Counted from the first letter of the stretch, positions 36,835 to 47,920 are shown. The stretch: 64,000 nucleotides of DNA from Candidatus Komeilibacteria bacterium CG11_big_fil_rev_8_21_14_0_20_36_20 (GCA_002787405.1 PCWQ01000009.1:132-64131), one strand, 5' to 3'. Numbers and translations: made by a program. Notes: generated by a model from the sequence alone, not told the origin.

Positions 36835-37662
36835 TTAGAGTTTTAACATGGAGCCAAGCCCCATATAAATACATTGGAATGATCTTTCAGAAATAATAAT
36901 CAACATTTTTTCATTGATCGGGTTATAATCATCTTCATGGACGTGCCCATGAATAACCTCGATGTCGTTAGGAGCAGTGCTTATTATCCTTAAAAAGTTA
37001 GTTAAATTTTGAGTGGTAATTTTGCCTTCATTGTTTGGTTCCTTTTTAAAGACCTCCCAATTCGGTACTCCATGGGCGATTATGGAAATTTTCTGATCTG
37101 TCTTTTCAATACCCTCTATTATCCAGTTGGGCACTGGATTTAGGAGGGCTGGCCATGGTAGTAAAACAAAAGCTTGATTGCCGTTATTGATCATCATGGC
37201 CTCGGCGATATAGTCGGCCGCTCCGGACAACGTAGAGGCAGTAATATTTGAAGGCGTTTCAATTAACTGACTCGGATTGTTTTTAAACTCCCAAGGGAGT
37301 AAGCGGTCACGATTACCTTTCATTACCACCACATCAATTCCTTTAGCTTTCATTTGCCGCATGATTTTTTGAATCCGTTTCAGATTCTCTAAATACGGCT
37401 CTTTAACAAGATTAATTACCTCTTCACCTTGACAGGATAGAGCATGCCCATAATGGGCATATTTTATTTTATCTTTATCCCAAAGCGTGCTATCTGGTGC
37501 ATAAAATGCTTTGGTTAATTCGCTGTCCTTTTTGGTGCCGGCAATGTCACCAATAAAAATAACCCTTGTAATTTCAGGGTCGTCAATCAGATTTTTTAAT
37601 TGTTCAACAAATGGTTGATATTCCATCAACCAGTGAACATCACCAACAATCACAGTACTCAT
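36835..37662 (-). CDS. calcineurin-like metallophosphoesterase
   Basis: GDVHWL, GNRD, GHVHEDD motifs; start chosen at ATG with SD AAGGAG 7 nt upstream (track ORF extends to 37701). Confidence 0.7.
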   Translation of the reverse strand: MSTVIVGDVHWLMEYQPFVEQLKNLIDDPEITRVIFIGDIAGTKKDSELTKAFYAPDSTLWDKDKIKYAHYGHALSCQGEEVINLVKEPYLENLKRIQKIMRQMKAKGIDVVVMKGNRDRLLPWEFKNNPSQLIETPSNITASTLSGAADYIAEAMMINNGNQAFVLLPWPALLNPVPNWIIEGIEKTDQKISIIAHGVPNWEVFKKEPNNEGKITTQNLTNFLRIISTAPNDIEVIHGHVHEDDYNPINEKMLIIISERSFQCIYMGLGSMLKL

Positions 37663-37735
37663 TATAATCTCCTTGTTTAATAAGAAATTTTTAAATAACA
37701 ATAATTAAAGAAAATTAGCATAAAAGGATAATTTT

Positions 37736-37757
37736 GTCAACCTTTTAAAAGGTTGAC
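37736..37757. promoter_or_regulatory. 22-bp perfect palindrome GTCAACCTTTTAAAAGGTTGAC in divergent promoter region (candidate operator)
   Basis: Perfect inverted repeat between divergent genes 37662(-) and 37806(+). Confidence 0.4.
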
Positions 37758-37770
37758 GGCCATTATTTTT

Positions 37771-37799
37771 TTAGCTTAGGCGGATAAATCTGCTATAAT
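37771..37799 (+). promoter_or_regulatory. promoter of tsaD: TTAGCT, 17-nt spacer, TATAAT; near-leaderless transcript
   Basis: Perfect -10 at 37794-37799, 6 nt upstream of ATG 37806. Confidence 0.45.
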
Positions 37800-37805
37800 A
37801 GAGTT

Positions 37806-38855
37806 ATGAGAATTTTAGCCATTGAATCTTCCTGCGACGAGACTGCCATTGCTTTACTCAAGACCGATGGTCGTTCTTTATTTTTAGAAAAGAATCAGGT
37901 CTATTCCCAGATTAATATTCATCGAAAATTTGGCGGCGTAGTGCCGGAAGTAGCTGCCCGCAAGCATTTAGAAACGATTATTCCATTATTAGACAGCAGC
38001 TTAGGGAGAAGTAAGTTGGACAAGATTGATTTTTTAGCGGTAACTAGCGGTCCGGGTCTAATTACCTCTTTGCTTTTAGGCATTACCGTAGCGCAAACTT
38101 TGGCCTACACAAGTCAGCTACCGCTTTATCCAATTAACCATCTGGAGGGGCATATTTATTCTAACTGGCTGTCTAACAAAGAACTAGTTAAGAATGAGAA
38201 AAAATATTGGCCAGCTTTGATTTTAGTGGTTTCTGGCGGGCACACGGAATTGATTTTAATGAAAGGTCACGGGGATTATCAGCGACTTGGTCAGACCTTG
38301 GATGATGCGGCTGGTGAATCATTTGATAAAATTGCCAAATTTTTATCTTTGGGTTATCCGGGCGGCTCGATTATCAGTCAATGGGCTAAAAAAGGAAACT
38401 CAGCAGCTTATAATTTTCCCCGTCCGATGATTGACAGTCACGATTATAATTTTAGTTTTTCTGGATTAAAAACAGCCGTGCTTTATGCTTTAGAAAAAAA
38501 GAAAAATATTAATCAGCAGGACATAGCTGACATTGCCGCCTCTTTTCAACAAGCGGTGGTTGAAGTTTTAATTTTTAAAACATTTCAGGCAATTCAACAA
38601 CATAAAGTGAAAGCAATTATGCTGGCTGGTGGAGTGGCCGCCAACCAACTTTTAAAAGAGAAATTTCAACAAAAATCAGACAGTTTAAATTTACTATTTT
38701 TTTATCCTCGCCAGCGGTTTAGTGGGGATAATGCCGCCATGATTGCTGCCGCCGCTTATTATCATCATCAACAGAATAGGAAGCCGCTTCAAGGCATCAA
38801 AATACTATCTTTACAACCGCAAGTGAATTGGCAATTAATTGAAAATAGAATATAA
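37806..38855 (+). CDS. tsaD: tRNA N6-adenosine threonylcarbamoyltransferase
   Basis: MRILAIESSCDETAIAL N-terminus; Kae1/Gcp family. Confidence 0.9.
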   Translation: MRILAIESSCDETAIALLKTDGRSLFLEKNQVYSQINIHRKFGGVVPEVAARKHLETIIPLLDSSLGRSKLDKIDFLAVTSGPGLITSLLLGITVAQTLAYTSQLPLYPINHLEGHIYSNWLSNKELVKNEKKYWPALILVVSGGHTELILMKGHGDYQRLGQTLDDAAGESFDKIAKFLSLGYPGGSIISQWAKKGNSAAYNFPRPMIDSHDYNFSFSGLKTAVLYALEKKKNINQQDIADIAASFQQAVVEVLIFKTFQAIQQHKVKAIMLAGGVAANQLLKEKFQQKSDSLNLLFFYPRQRFSGDNAAMIAAAAYYHHQQNRKPLQGIKILSLQPQVNWQLIENRI

Positions 38856-39286
38856 TGTTAAACATGCGGGAAATTATTACTAATAATATTTCTGAAACAG
38901 AAAAAGCAGCTAAGGATTTAGCCAAAACTTTCAAAGGAGGAGAGATCTTAGCTTTGTTTGGTCGGTTGGGTGTTGGTAAGACTGTTTTTGTCAAAGCAAT
39001 GGCCAAAGCTTTAAATATTTCGGAGGTCATTACCAGTCCAACTTTTGTCCTTATGAAAGTTTATGATGTTAATGTGGAAAGGATCAAACATTTTATTCAC
39101 GTTGACTGTTACCGTCTGGAAGGCAAGGAAGATTTAGCTGATATTGGCTTATTAGATTATCTAGGTGTTCCCCAAACTGTTTCGGTTATTGAGTGGGCTG
39201 ACAAGATATCCAACTTGCCCGACAAGACGATTAAAATAAGTATGGAGTATTTAGATGAGGAAAAAAGAAAAATTACAATCAACTAA
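38855..39286 (+). CDS. tsaE: tRNA threonylcarbamoyladenosine biosynthesis ATPase TsaE
   Basis: P-loop GRLGVGKT; 143 aa; 1-nt overlap with tsaD. Confidence 0.8.
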   Translation: MLNMREIITNNISETEKAAKDLAKTFKGGEILALFGRLGVGKTVFVKAMAKALNISEVITSPTFVLMKVYDVNVERIKHFIHVDCYRLEGKEDLADIGLLDYLGVPQTVSVIEWADKISNLPDKTIKISMEYLDEEKRKITIN

Positions 39287-41786
39287 GACAGAGTTTGTTA
39301 AAGCTTACGAGGCACAACAGTACGAAGACTTAATTTATCAAGAATGGGAAAAGTCAGGTTTTTTTAATCCTGATAATTTATCAGGCCACGGAAAAAATTT
39401 TACTATTTCTATGCCACCGCCCAATGCTACCGGTATTTTGCATGTAGGCCACGCTTCTGCGTTGACTTACGAGGATTTGATTATTCGTTATAAAAGATTA
39501 CAAGGTTATCAGACTTTGTTTTTGCCGGGCACTGATCATGCGGCTATTGCTACTCAGACAAAAGTAGAGAAAATTTTAGCTGAAGAAGGGACCGATCGTC
39601 ACAGTTTGGGTCGGACTAAATTTTTAGCCCGAGTTAAAAAATATATTGCTCAATCACAAGACACTATTCGTCAGCAGATCCGTAAGATAGGGGTTAGTTG
39701 TGATTGGTCTCGGGAACGATATACTTTTGATCAGGGATTATCTCAGGCAGTTAGCGAATCTTTCATTAGAATGTATAACGACGGCTTAATTTATCGTGGT
39801 AATCGGATTGTCAATTGGTGTCCGCGATGTGCTTCAACTTTAGCTGACGATGAGGTTGAGCATCAAGAAAAGAATAGTAAATTTTATTACCTTAAATATG
39901 GTCCATTTATTGTGGCTACCACTCGTCCAGAAACCAAATTAGCCGATACAGGCGTAGCAGTTCATCCTAGTGATAAACGCTATCAGAAATATATTGGCCA
40001 GATTTTAGATATTGACTTAGCTGGGCACAAAATCACAGTTAAGGTTTTTGCTAATAAAGAAGTTGATCCTAAATTTGGCTCCGGCGTAGTCGGAGTAACC
40101 CCAGCCCACAGCAGCGCAGATTTTGATTTTGCCCAAAGGCATAAATTAGAATTTATTAAATTGATTAACGAAGAAGGGAAGATTTTAGATGCGGGTGGTA
40201 AATATAAAAGTTTAACTGTTTTAGAAGCTAGAAAGAAATTTGTTAAAGATTTAAAGGCCGCCGGGCAGATTAAAAAAATAGAAGATATAAAAAATAATTT
40301 GTCTCTTTGTTATCGCTGTGGCGCCTTAATTGAACCTTTGCCGTCTGAACAATGGTTTGTGGCGGTAGATCAGAAGATTCCAGGACGCCAAAAAACTTTA
40401 AAACAATTAGCCATTGAGGCCGTCAGAAACAAAGAAATTAAAATTTTGCCTTCTAGATTTGAAAAAATTTATTATCATTGGATGGAAAATTTACACGACT
40501 GGTGTATTTCTCGGCAAATCTGGTGGGGACATCGCATTCCAGTTTGGTATCAAGAAGATAAAATTTATGTTGGACTTAAACCACCAAAAAATAAAAATTG
40601 GATTCAAGATGAAGATACTTTAGACACCTGGTTTTCGTCTTCCTTATGGACTTTTTCTACTTTAGGTTGGCCAGAAAAAACTAAAGATTTGAAAAATTTT
40701 CATCCGACACAAGTAATGGAGACTGGTTATGATATTCTTTTTTTCTGGGTAGCTAGAATGATTTTAATGACGGAGTATTTATTGGGGCAGAAGCCATTTG
40801 GCACAGTTTATTTGCATGGCATGATTCGCGATAAGCAGGGTCGTAAAATGAGTAAGTCACTGGATAATGGTATTGATCCTCTGGAGATGAGTAATAAATT
40901 TGGCACTGATGCCCTGCGGTTGTCTTTAGTGATTGGTTCTTCACCCGGCGCTGATTTAAGAATCTATGAGGAGAAAATTGCTGGCTACCGCAATTTTGTT
41001 AATAAACTTTGGAATATATCTCGATTTATTTTTTCTTCTGTTGATGAAATTAAAATAATTAAAAAACAGCCGCCAGCTAAGACTTTGAGCGATCAATGGA
41101 TTTTAGCTGAATTTAATAATTTAATTAAAAATGTCACTGATAATTTAGATAATTTTAAATTTTCTCAAGCCGGCGAGGAGCTTTATGAATTTACCTGGAA
41201 TAAATTAGCTGATTGGTATTTAGAAATTGCTAAAATAGAAAAAAATAAAGATGAAACTTTACTTTATATTTTAGAGCGGCTCTTGATTTTATGGCATCCT
41301 TTTACACCTTTTGTGACTGAAGTGATTTGGCGCAGTTTTAAGGCCAAAGATTTATTGATGATTCAAAGTTGGCCTCAAGCGCGGAAAATAGATTCAAAAA
41401 TCAAGAAAGATTTTAGCGAACTGCAAGAATTAGTGATTAAAATTAGAAATTTAAAAGCGGAAAATAAAATTCCGCCGGTTGATTTACCAAACTGTCATTT
41501 GAAAAGTAAAATCTTAAAAGACAGCGAGCTAAATATTATTGCTAAATTAGCCAGGGTTAATTTAGTGGACAAATTTTCTGAAGCTAAATCTTTTAGTACT
41601 TCTTATAGCCGTGGTTGGATTAATTTAGCCAAAGAAATGAGCCAAACAGAAAAAGAAAAACTGCAAAAATATATTAGCAGTTTAGAAAATAAATTAAATA
41701 ATAGTCAATTTATTAATAATGCTCCCCAGCAAATTATTAAAGATACGCAAAAAAAATTAAAGTTAGCTAAAAATAAATTAAGATAA
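39255..41786 (+). CDS. valS: valyl-tRNA synthetase
   Basis: HIGH (LHVGHA) and KMSKS (RKMSKS) motifs; C-terminal coiled coil. Confidence 0.9.
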   Translation: MRKKEKLQSTKTEFVKAYEAQQYEDLIYQEWEKSGFFNPDNLSGHGKNFTISMPPPNATGILHVGHASALTYEDLIIRYKRLQGYQTLFLPGTDHAAIATQTKVEKILAEEGTDRHSLGRTKFLARVKKYIAQSQDTIRQQIRKIGVSCDWSRERYTFDQGLSQAVSESFIRMYNDGLIYRGNRIVNWCPRCASTLADDEVEHQEKNSKFYYLKYGPFIVATTRPETKLADTGVAVHPSDKRYQKYIGQILDIDLAGHKITVKVFANKEVDPKFGSGVVGVTPAHSSADFDFAQRHKLEFIKLINEEGKILDAGGKYKSLTVLEARKKFVKDLKAAGQIKKIEDIKNNLSLCYRCGALIEPLPSEQWFVAVDQKIPGRQKTLKQLAIEAVRNKEIKILPSRFEKIYYHWMENLHDWCISRQIWWGHRIPVWYQEDKIYVGLKPPKNKNWIQDEDTLDTWFSSSLWTFSTLGWPEKTKDLKNFHPTQVMETGYDILFFWVARMILMTEYLLGQKPFGTVYLHGMIRDKQGRKMSKSLDNGIDPLEMSNKFGTDALRLSLVIGSSPGADLRIYEEKIAGYRNFVNKLWNISRFIFSSVDEIKIIKKQPPAKTLSDQWILAEFNNLIKNVTDNLDNFKFSQAGEELYEFTWNKLADWYLEIAKIEKNKDETLLYILERLLILWHPFTPFVTEVIWRSFKAKDLLMIQSWPQARKIDSKIKKDFSELQELVIKIRNLKAENKIPPVDLPNCHLKSKILKDSELNIIAKLARVNLVDKFSEAKSFSTSYSRGWINLAKEMSQTEKEKLQKYISSLENKLNNSQFINNAPQQIIKDTQKKLKLAKNKLR

Positions 41787-41791
41787 TTAAT

Positions 41792-43531
41792 CTAATCTAA
41801 AACCTTAGCTAATACTTCTTCCACAGAAGTAATGCCATCTACAGCTTTTAATAGTCCATCTTGCAACATAGTAATCATGCCGTTATCCACGGCTATTTTT
41901 TCAATTTCATTAGCTGAAACATTACCAGACAAGATAATTTTTTCAATGGCTGGATTGATAGTTAAAACTTCATAGATGCCGATACGTCCTTTATAGCCGA
42001 GCCGATGACATTTATCACATCCCTTGGCAACATAGAAAGTAAGATCGGATAAGTCATTTATTTTATGACCGGACTCAGGGCTAATAGTGCTCAAGGCATT
42101 TAGAATAGTAGTAATTGTTTTATTATCTAGTTTATCATTTTTTATTTTACAGTGAGGGCATAAGCGGCGGAGTAGCCTTTGTCCAATAATGGCATTTAAA
42201 GAAGGGGCTAATAGAAAAGGTTGTACGCCAATAGATAAAAGACGAGGAATAGTATCAGCCGCAGAATTGGTATGGAGCGTAGAGAGCATCAAATGTCCGG
42301 TTAAGGCGGCATTGATTGCAGTTTCAGCTGTTTCCAAATCGCGAATTTCACCAACCATAACAATATCAGGGTCTTGCCTTAAAATAGCTCTTAATCCTTT
42401 GGCAAAAGTGTAGTGGGTAATTCTTGGCTTATTTTCATCGCCTAATCTGATTGAAGTAAAATCATCGGCTTGTCCTTCAACCTGACTTTGGACAATACCC
42501 GGTAGTTTATATTCAATCGGATCTTCCAGAGTAATAATCTTAGTATCAGGACTATTTAATTTATTTAAGATGGCGTAGAGGGTAGTGGTTTTACCGGAAC
42601 CAGTTGGTCCGGTGGTAATAATCATGCCGTTTGGCTTCCTCATTTCTTCACGTAAATCATTAAATGTTTTTCCTCTTAAACCAAGGTCCTCAAATTTAAG
42701 GCCTACACTCGATGCTTTTAAAAGACGCATTACAATGCTCTCGCCGTAAGATGAGGGAATAGTTGAAACTCTAACGTCGACTTTGTCATTAGTGAGATTA
42801 ATAGTAAATCGGCCATCTTGCGGTTTAGTAGTGATGTTTAGTTTTAAACCAGATAATAATTTAATGCGGTTGCTTATTTTATCCCAAGAGCTTTTATTGA
42901 TGTTAGCTACTTCATGCAGAACACCGTCAATGCGAAAGCGAATTTTAATCTCTTTTTCTTCTGTTTCAATATGGATATCGGAAGAAGAAAATTTTAAAGC
43001 AGCGGCTATAATCAGGTTGATTGTTTCGGTCAAGCTGGTTTCAGCGATCAGTTGGTTGAGTTTAGTAAAATCGGTTAGTTGTTCATCAAATTTATTTAAA
43101 TCGTTTGCGGTGATATTAACACCGGCCATTTGAGTGATAGTTGGTATTTTAGCGTAAATTTCTGATGTTTTATCAAGACTGTTTTCCGAAATTAGATAAG
43201 TTTTTATATTAACATGGTATTTTTCATTTAATTCTTTGATTAAATTAGACACCTGAGGATTAGTTGGGTTAAGAGAACCAAGACGCATTTCCTCGCCAGT
43301 ATATAAAAAGCAAACTGTTTGTAAAGATTCAGCTTGTTCTTGAGAGATAACTTTGATGGCCTCTTGAGAAATTGGGAATTTATCAAGGTTAATATAAGCC
43401 AACCCTTGTTGTTTGGCTTCAGCTTCCACCTGTTTTTCTTTTTCTTTTATTTCTAGAGCAGAGAGTTTACTGGATAGTTTTTGGCTTGTTTCATCTTCGC
43501 TGATAATAATACCTTTATTCATATCAGGCAT
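41792..43531 (-). CDS. type II/IV secretion system ATPase (GspE/PilB family)
   Basis: Walker A GPTGSGKTTT; N-terminal domains; Zn-finger-like CPHC...CDKC. Confidence 0.85.
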   Translation of the reverse strand: MPDMNKGIIISEDETSQKLSSKLSALEIKEKEKQVEAEAKQQGLAYINLDKFPISQEAIKVISQEQAESLQTVCFLYTGEEMRLGSLNPTNPQVSNLIKELNEKYHVNIKTYLISENSLDKTSEIYAKIPTITQMAGVNITANDLNKFDEQLTDFTKLNQLIAETSLTETINLIIAAALKFSSSDIHIETEEKEIKIRFRIDGVLHEVANINKSSWDKISNRIKLLSGLKLNITTKPQDGRFTINLTNDKVDVRVSTIPSSYGESIVMRLLKASSVGLKFEDLGLRGKTFNDLREEMRKPNGMIITTGPTGSGKTTTLYAILNKLNSPDTKIITLEDPIEYKLPGIVQSQVEGQADDFTSIRLGDENKPRITHYTFAKGLRAILRQDPDIVMVGEIRDLETAETAINAALTGHLMLSTLHTNSAADTIPRLLSIGVQPFLLAPSLNAIIGQRLLRRLCPHCKIKNDKLDNKTITTILNALSTISPESGHKINDLSDLTFYVAKGCDKCHRLGYKGRIGIYEVLTINPAIEKIILSGNVSANEIEKIAVDNGMITMLQDGLLKAVDGITSVEEVLAKVLD

Positions 43532-43612
43532 TCTAATTTTTTAATAATATTATATACAAACATTATACTTTTGCTTAATGATAAAGTCAATTTTAAAAAA
43601 TGAAAACTAAAT

Positions 43613-43641
43613 AAAAAAGGGTCATTAATTAGACCCTTTTT
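43613..43641 (-). terminator. Rho-independent terminator (minus strand)
   Basis: AAAGGGTCattaattaGACCCTTT with T-run on the minus strand. Confidence 0.55.
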
Positions 43642-43660
43642 AGAATAATAATAGTATAAA

Positions 43661-44635
43661 TTATTTAGTTAAACGGGGTAAATGTTTATGAGCCAGCCGA
43701 TGCATTTTACTGTGAGATTTGCCCTTAGTCAATTGGAGAAAGACGTTGGCCCAAATGATATTATAATAGGCCCCAAAGAAGGAGGTGGCTAGAATAAACA
43801 GAAAGACCGCCACTAAACTGCCGATAGCCATTAAGAGCCAGAAAATTATGGTATTCAGGGCCATAAAATAAGCTAAAACAAGGAAAGGAGTAAAGACAAA
43901 CACTAAGGCGGTGAATAATACTAGATAAAATAGAACTGTGATCAAAAGGAGGAAAAAAGCATTTTCTACCGTAATTAACCAATTGATTTTAAAAAGAGTC
44001 CAGCCCTTAATAAAGGCGGCGGTCATGGTGTCATTTTGGGTGATAATATAAGCGGCGCCATAGCGAGTGACAAAAGAAATAACGATAACCAGCGGTAAGA
44101 GGATAAAGAAGACAATGATAGCTAACAATAAATAGACTACTACTTCATTGTTGCTGTGGTTTAGAAAATCAACCAATGGTTTAATAACTGAAACAATAAA
44201 AAAGTAACCGATTAGAGTGTTGAGAATATTTAGTCCAAAGAGTGGCCAAAATTTTTCTACACCGACGCGGAAAGCTTCAGTGAATTTAAACCCTTTCTTT
44301 TGGTTGTTTTTTTGGATAGTGGCATAAATCAAAGCTCCTTGTGAGGAGATAGCCAGAATAACAATAATAGCAAAGAGAACAAAGATGGCGATAACATTCA
44401 GCAGAACCGGTAAATTAGACCAAGTGAATTGGGCCACAGCAAAAGTTTTTAGAATAGACAACCATGAGATTAAAGTTGAACCAAGCAGATCAGGACTGAC
44501 ACTATCTAAATTAAACAAAGTCTTTACTTCATGGAATCCTAAAATGGAAGCGAACATGCCAAAAAACAGTAAGGAGAAATTGTTTTTTATAATTTGCCAT
44601 GAAAGAGGATAGACTTTTCTATAAAATGAGTCCAT
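43661..44635 (-). CDS. polytopic membrane protein, hypothetical
   Basis: 324 aa, ~9 TM segments. Confidence 0.55.
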   Translation of the reverse strand: MDSFYRKVYPLSWQIIKNNFSLLFFGMFASILGFHEVKTLFNLDSVSPDLLGSTLISWLSILKTFAVAQFTWSNLPVLLNVIAIFVLFAIIVILAISSQGALIYATIQKNNQKKGFKFTEAFRVGVEKFWPLFGLNILNTLIGYFFIVSVIKPLVDFLNHSNNEVVVYLLLAIIVFFILLPLVIVISFVTRYGAAYIITQNDTMTAAFIKGWTLFKINWLITVENAFFLLLITVLFYLVLFTALVFVFTPFLVLAYFMALNTIIFWLLMAIGSLVAVFLFILATSFFGAYYNIIWANVFLQLTKGKSHSKMHRLAHKHLPRLTK

Positions 44636-44691
44636 AGTTTTTGTTTTTAATTTTTAAGCTGCTTTTATTATACAATATTTCTTTAAAAAAC

Positions 44692-44744
44692 AAAACCCCC
44701 TGCCTTTCAGGCCTCTTTGGAGGGTGGCTAGGCAGGGGGTTTTT
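44692..44744 (-). terminator. long GC-rich terminator hairpin downstream of ftsH
   Basis: AAAACCCCCTGCC...GGCAGGGGGTTTT, 13-bp stem with inner CCTCtttgGAGG. Confidence 0.65.
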
Positions 44745-44758
44745 ATAGTTATGTTTTA

Positions 44759-46567
44759 TTAAGCAATAAGTTGGGCAAACTCTTCTTTCTCAATAGTTTC
44801 TTTATTAAGTAGTACTTTGACAATTTTAGCAATTTTATCTTTGTTTTCATTAATAATCTTCGTGGCTGTTTTCAGGGCTTGGTCAATATATTTAGAAATT
44901 TCTTGGTCAATCATTTCGGCGGTTTTCTCACTATAATCTCTTCTTTCATGAATTTCCTTACCTAAGAAGATCATTTCTTCTCTTTCGCCAAAGGTACGAG
45001 GGCCAAGCTTATTATCCATCCCGAATTGAGTGACTATTTGTCTGGCAGTATGGGTTACTTTTTTGAGGTCATTGCTGGCTCCGGTAGTTACTTCATCGAA
45101 AAATATTTTTTCCGCGGCATAGCCCCCAAGTAACACTGCCATACTATCGATGAAATCGGAATACGATTGCATTTTCTTTTCTATATCAGGCAGATTGATA
45201 GTGTAGCCGGCTGCCCGACCACGAGAGATGATAGAAATTTTATGCACGGGATCAGCATGAGGTAAAATATGAGCGATTAAAGCATGTCCAGCTTCATGAT
45301 GGGCAGTTATTCCTTTTTCTTTATCTGAAAGGATATAACTTTTTCTTTCTCGACCGAGCATTACTCTTTCAATAGCGTCTAAAATGGTTTCATTATGGAT
45401 ATTCTTCTCATTATTTTTAACCGTCATAATAGCTGCTTCATTTAAGACATTAGCCAGATCAGCTCCGGAAAATCCTGGTGTTCTCTGAGCCACTAATTTT
45501 AGGTTGACATTTGTGGCCAGTGGTTTTTTCTTAGCGTGAATTTTTAAAATAGCTTCCCGGTCTTTGATGTCGGGCAGATCAATTACTACTTGTCGATCAA
45601 ATCTCCCTGGTCTTAGTAAAGCTGGATCTAAAACATCTGGGCGATTAGTGGCAGCAATAACAATGACGTTGGTTTGGTTATCAAAACCATCCATTTCTAC
45701 CAATATTTGATTTAAAGTTTGTTCTCTTTCGTCGTGACTGCCGCCAAGACCAGTACCTCTTTGCCGACCGACCGCATCAATTTCATCAACAAAAATGAGA
45801 CAAGGGGCTGTTTTTTTGGCTTTTTTAAATAAATCTCTGACACGGGAGGCGCCGACACCAACAAACATCTCTACAAATTCAGAGCCCGATATATGGAAAA
45901 AGGGAACTTTGGCTTCCCCGGCTACGGCTCGAGCCAATAAAGTTTTTCCTGTGCCTGGTGCACCTAGTAATAAAACACCTCTTGGTATTTTAGCGCCCAT
46001 AGCTGTAAATTTTTGTGGCTCTTGAAGGAATTTTACAATCTCTTCCAAATCTTCTTTAGCTTCATGAGCCCCAGCCACATCTTGGAAAGTAATTTTATCT
46101 TTTTGGCGATCAGCAATTTTAGCTCCGCTCTGCCCAAAAGTCATGGCACGATTATTAACTCCTTGTACTTGGCGCATCATGAACCAGATTAGACCGACGA
46201 TAAAAAGTAAAGGGATCAGAAAAGGCAAAATTGTGCCGACAAACATTCCGGAATTCGGCGCATCTTCAACTGTGATATTTAAAGCAGATATTTTTTCTTC
46301 TGGCACCTCATAATTTTTCAATAAGGCGGCAAAAGATTCATTGCCTTCTTTCTGGCTGGAGCGTTGTTCTTGATTCTTTAAAGTAATTTTTAATTCATTG
46401 CCAGCTACTATCACATTTTCTACTTCTCCATTATTGATCTGCTGGACTAGGTTACTAATACTTATTTCTTCAGTCTTTTTTGTTTGAGTATCATAAAAAC
46501 TAAAGATTCCTGCAATGATAGCAAAAATTATAAAGAAGATAAGAAAATTTTTAATAATATGTTTCAT
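44759..46567 (-). CDS. ftsH: ATP-dependent zinc metalloprotease FtsH
   Basis: Walker A GAPGTGKT; zinc-binding HEAGHA. Confidence 0.95.
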   Translation of the reverse strand: MKHIIKNFLIFFIIFAIIAGIFSFYDTQTKKTEEISISNLVQQINNGEVENVIVAGNELKITLKNQEQRSSQKEGNESFAALLKNYEVPEEKISALNITVEDAPNSGMFVGTILPFLIPLLFIVGLIWFMMRQVQGVNNRAMTFGQSGAKIADRQKDKITFQDVAGAHEAKEDLEEIVKFLQEPQKFTAMGAKIPRGVLLLGAPGTGKTLLARAVAGEAKVPFFHISGSEFVEMFVGVGASRVRDLFKKAKKTAPCLIFVDEIDAVGRQRGTGLGGSHDEREQTLNQILVEMDGFDNQTNVIVIAATNRPDVLDPALLRPGRFDRQVVIDLPDIKDREAILKIHAKKKPLATNVNLKLVAQRTPGFSGADLANVLNEAAIMTVKNNEKNIHNETILDAIERVMLGRERKSYILSDKEKGITAHHEAGHALIAHILPHADPVHKISIISRGRAAGYTINLPDIEKKMQSYSDFIDSMAVLLGGYAAEKIFFDEVTTGASNDLKKVTHTARQIVTQFGMDNKLGPRTFGEREEMIFLGKEIHERRDYSEKTAEMIDQEISKYIDQALKTATKIINENKDKIAKIVKVLLNKETIEKEEFAQLIA

Positions 46568-46684
46568 CCTATTAGAGATTAGTTATAATTTTTTGATTTT
46601 GCCCTATTAGAAATTATAGCAAAATGATAGAGAGTTGACAGTATTTATAAATATTTCGCGAATTTCTCACAGGATTAATAAAGC

Positions 46685-47920
46685 TTAGTTAGCTTTTTTT
46701 GTTTTAGCATCTTCCTCTTTATTTATATCTTTAGAGGGGCTGACCGTAGGGGATTTTTTAGTATCTTTTTTTTCAGTTTTTTCTTTTTTCTTTTCCACCG
46801 GTTTTTTTTCGTCTTTCTTATCTTTATCGGTTTTGATTTCTTTGAGAGATAGGCCGAGTCGATGATTTTCCGGCTCAATACTTAAAATAGTAAAATTGTA
46901 TTCCTTACCTATTTTGACTATATTTTCAGGATCGTTAACTTTTTTATCGCTTAATTCAGAAATATGAACTAAGCCGTGAATATCATCATCAAGTTCAACA
47001 AAAGCGCCGAAAGGATTAACCTTTAAGACACTACCTTTAACTTTTTGACCTATTTTATATTTTTTAGCAACTTCCACCCAAGGGTCTTTTTGCAGTTTTT
47101 TAATAGATAGGGAAACTTTAGTATTTTGAATATCAATAATTATTGCCTCAACTACATCACCGACTTTAATAATATCACGTGGGTTATCGATTCTCTGCCA
47201 GGCCAATTCAGAAATATGAACCAATCCTTCTAAATTATCTCCAAACTCAACAAAAGCGCCAAAGTCAACTACGCCGGTAATTCTACCTTTTATTTTATCG
47301 CCTATTTTGTATTTTGAGATAATTTTCTTTTGCTTATCGTCCCAAGCTGCTTTTTCCGAAACAATTAATTTTTCTTCTTTTTCGTTGACGTCAATAATTT
47401 TGGTGCGAAGTGCTTCGTTTACGAAACTTTTTAGATGGGCTAGAATTTTATTTTTATCACCACCTTCAATACGCGGATAATGTTCAATAGTTAATTGAGA
47501 GACTGGTAAAAAGCCGATAACATTGCCAAGTTTAATCATGAGGCCGCCTTTGTTGGCATCAATAACTTTACTTTCAATAATAGTACCTTCTTTATATAAT
47601 TTTTCTAGGTTATCCCAAGCTTTTTTATGACCGGCTTCACGAAAAGATAATTCCATGTAGCCATTTTCATTATCTAGACCGATAACTGTGGCGAGAGTCT
47701 TATCACCGATTTTAAGATTAGAGGACTCATCTGACTCATCATAGATTTCTTGGCCGCGGATTATACCAGTGGTAATACCAGCTAAATCCAGATAAATCTC
47801 ATTTTTAGAAACACTAATTATAGTGCCAGAGACTAGATCACCCACCTTTGGAATCTTAATTGCCTCGTCTTTTTGCAGCAATTTATCCATTAAGCTCTGA
47901 CTAGTAGTTTGATTTGACAT
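46685..47920 (-). CDS. rpsA: 30S ribosomal protein S1 (four S1 domains) with basic C-terminal tail
   Basis: Repeated S1-domain pattern (GxV.GxV...G.FVE/GLVHISE). Confidence 0.8.
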   Translation of the reverse strand: MSNQTTSQSLMDKLLQKDEAIKIPKVGDLVSGTIISVSKNEIYLDLAGITTGIIRGQEIYDESDESSNLKIGDKTLATVIGLDNENGYMELSFREAGHKKAWDNLEKLYKEGTIIESKVIDANKGGLMIKLGNVIGFLPVSQLTIEHYPRIEGGDKNKILAHLKSFVNEALRTKIIDVNEKEEKLIVSEKAAWDDKQKKIISKYKIGDKIKGRITGVVDFGAFVEFGDNLEGLVHISELAWQRIDNPRDIIKVGDVVEAIIIDIQNTKVSLSIKKLQKDPWVEVAKKYKIGQKVKGSVLKVNPFGAFVELDDDIHGLVHISELSDKKVNDPENIVKIGKEYNFTILSIEPENHRLGLSLKEIKTDKDKKDEKKPVEKKKEKTEKKDTKKSPTVSPSKDINKEEDAKTKKAN

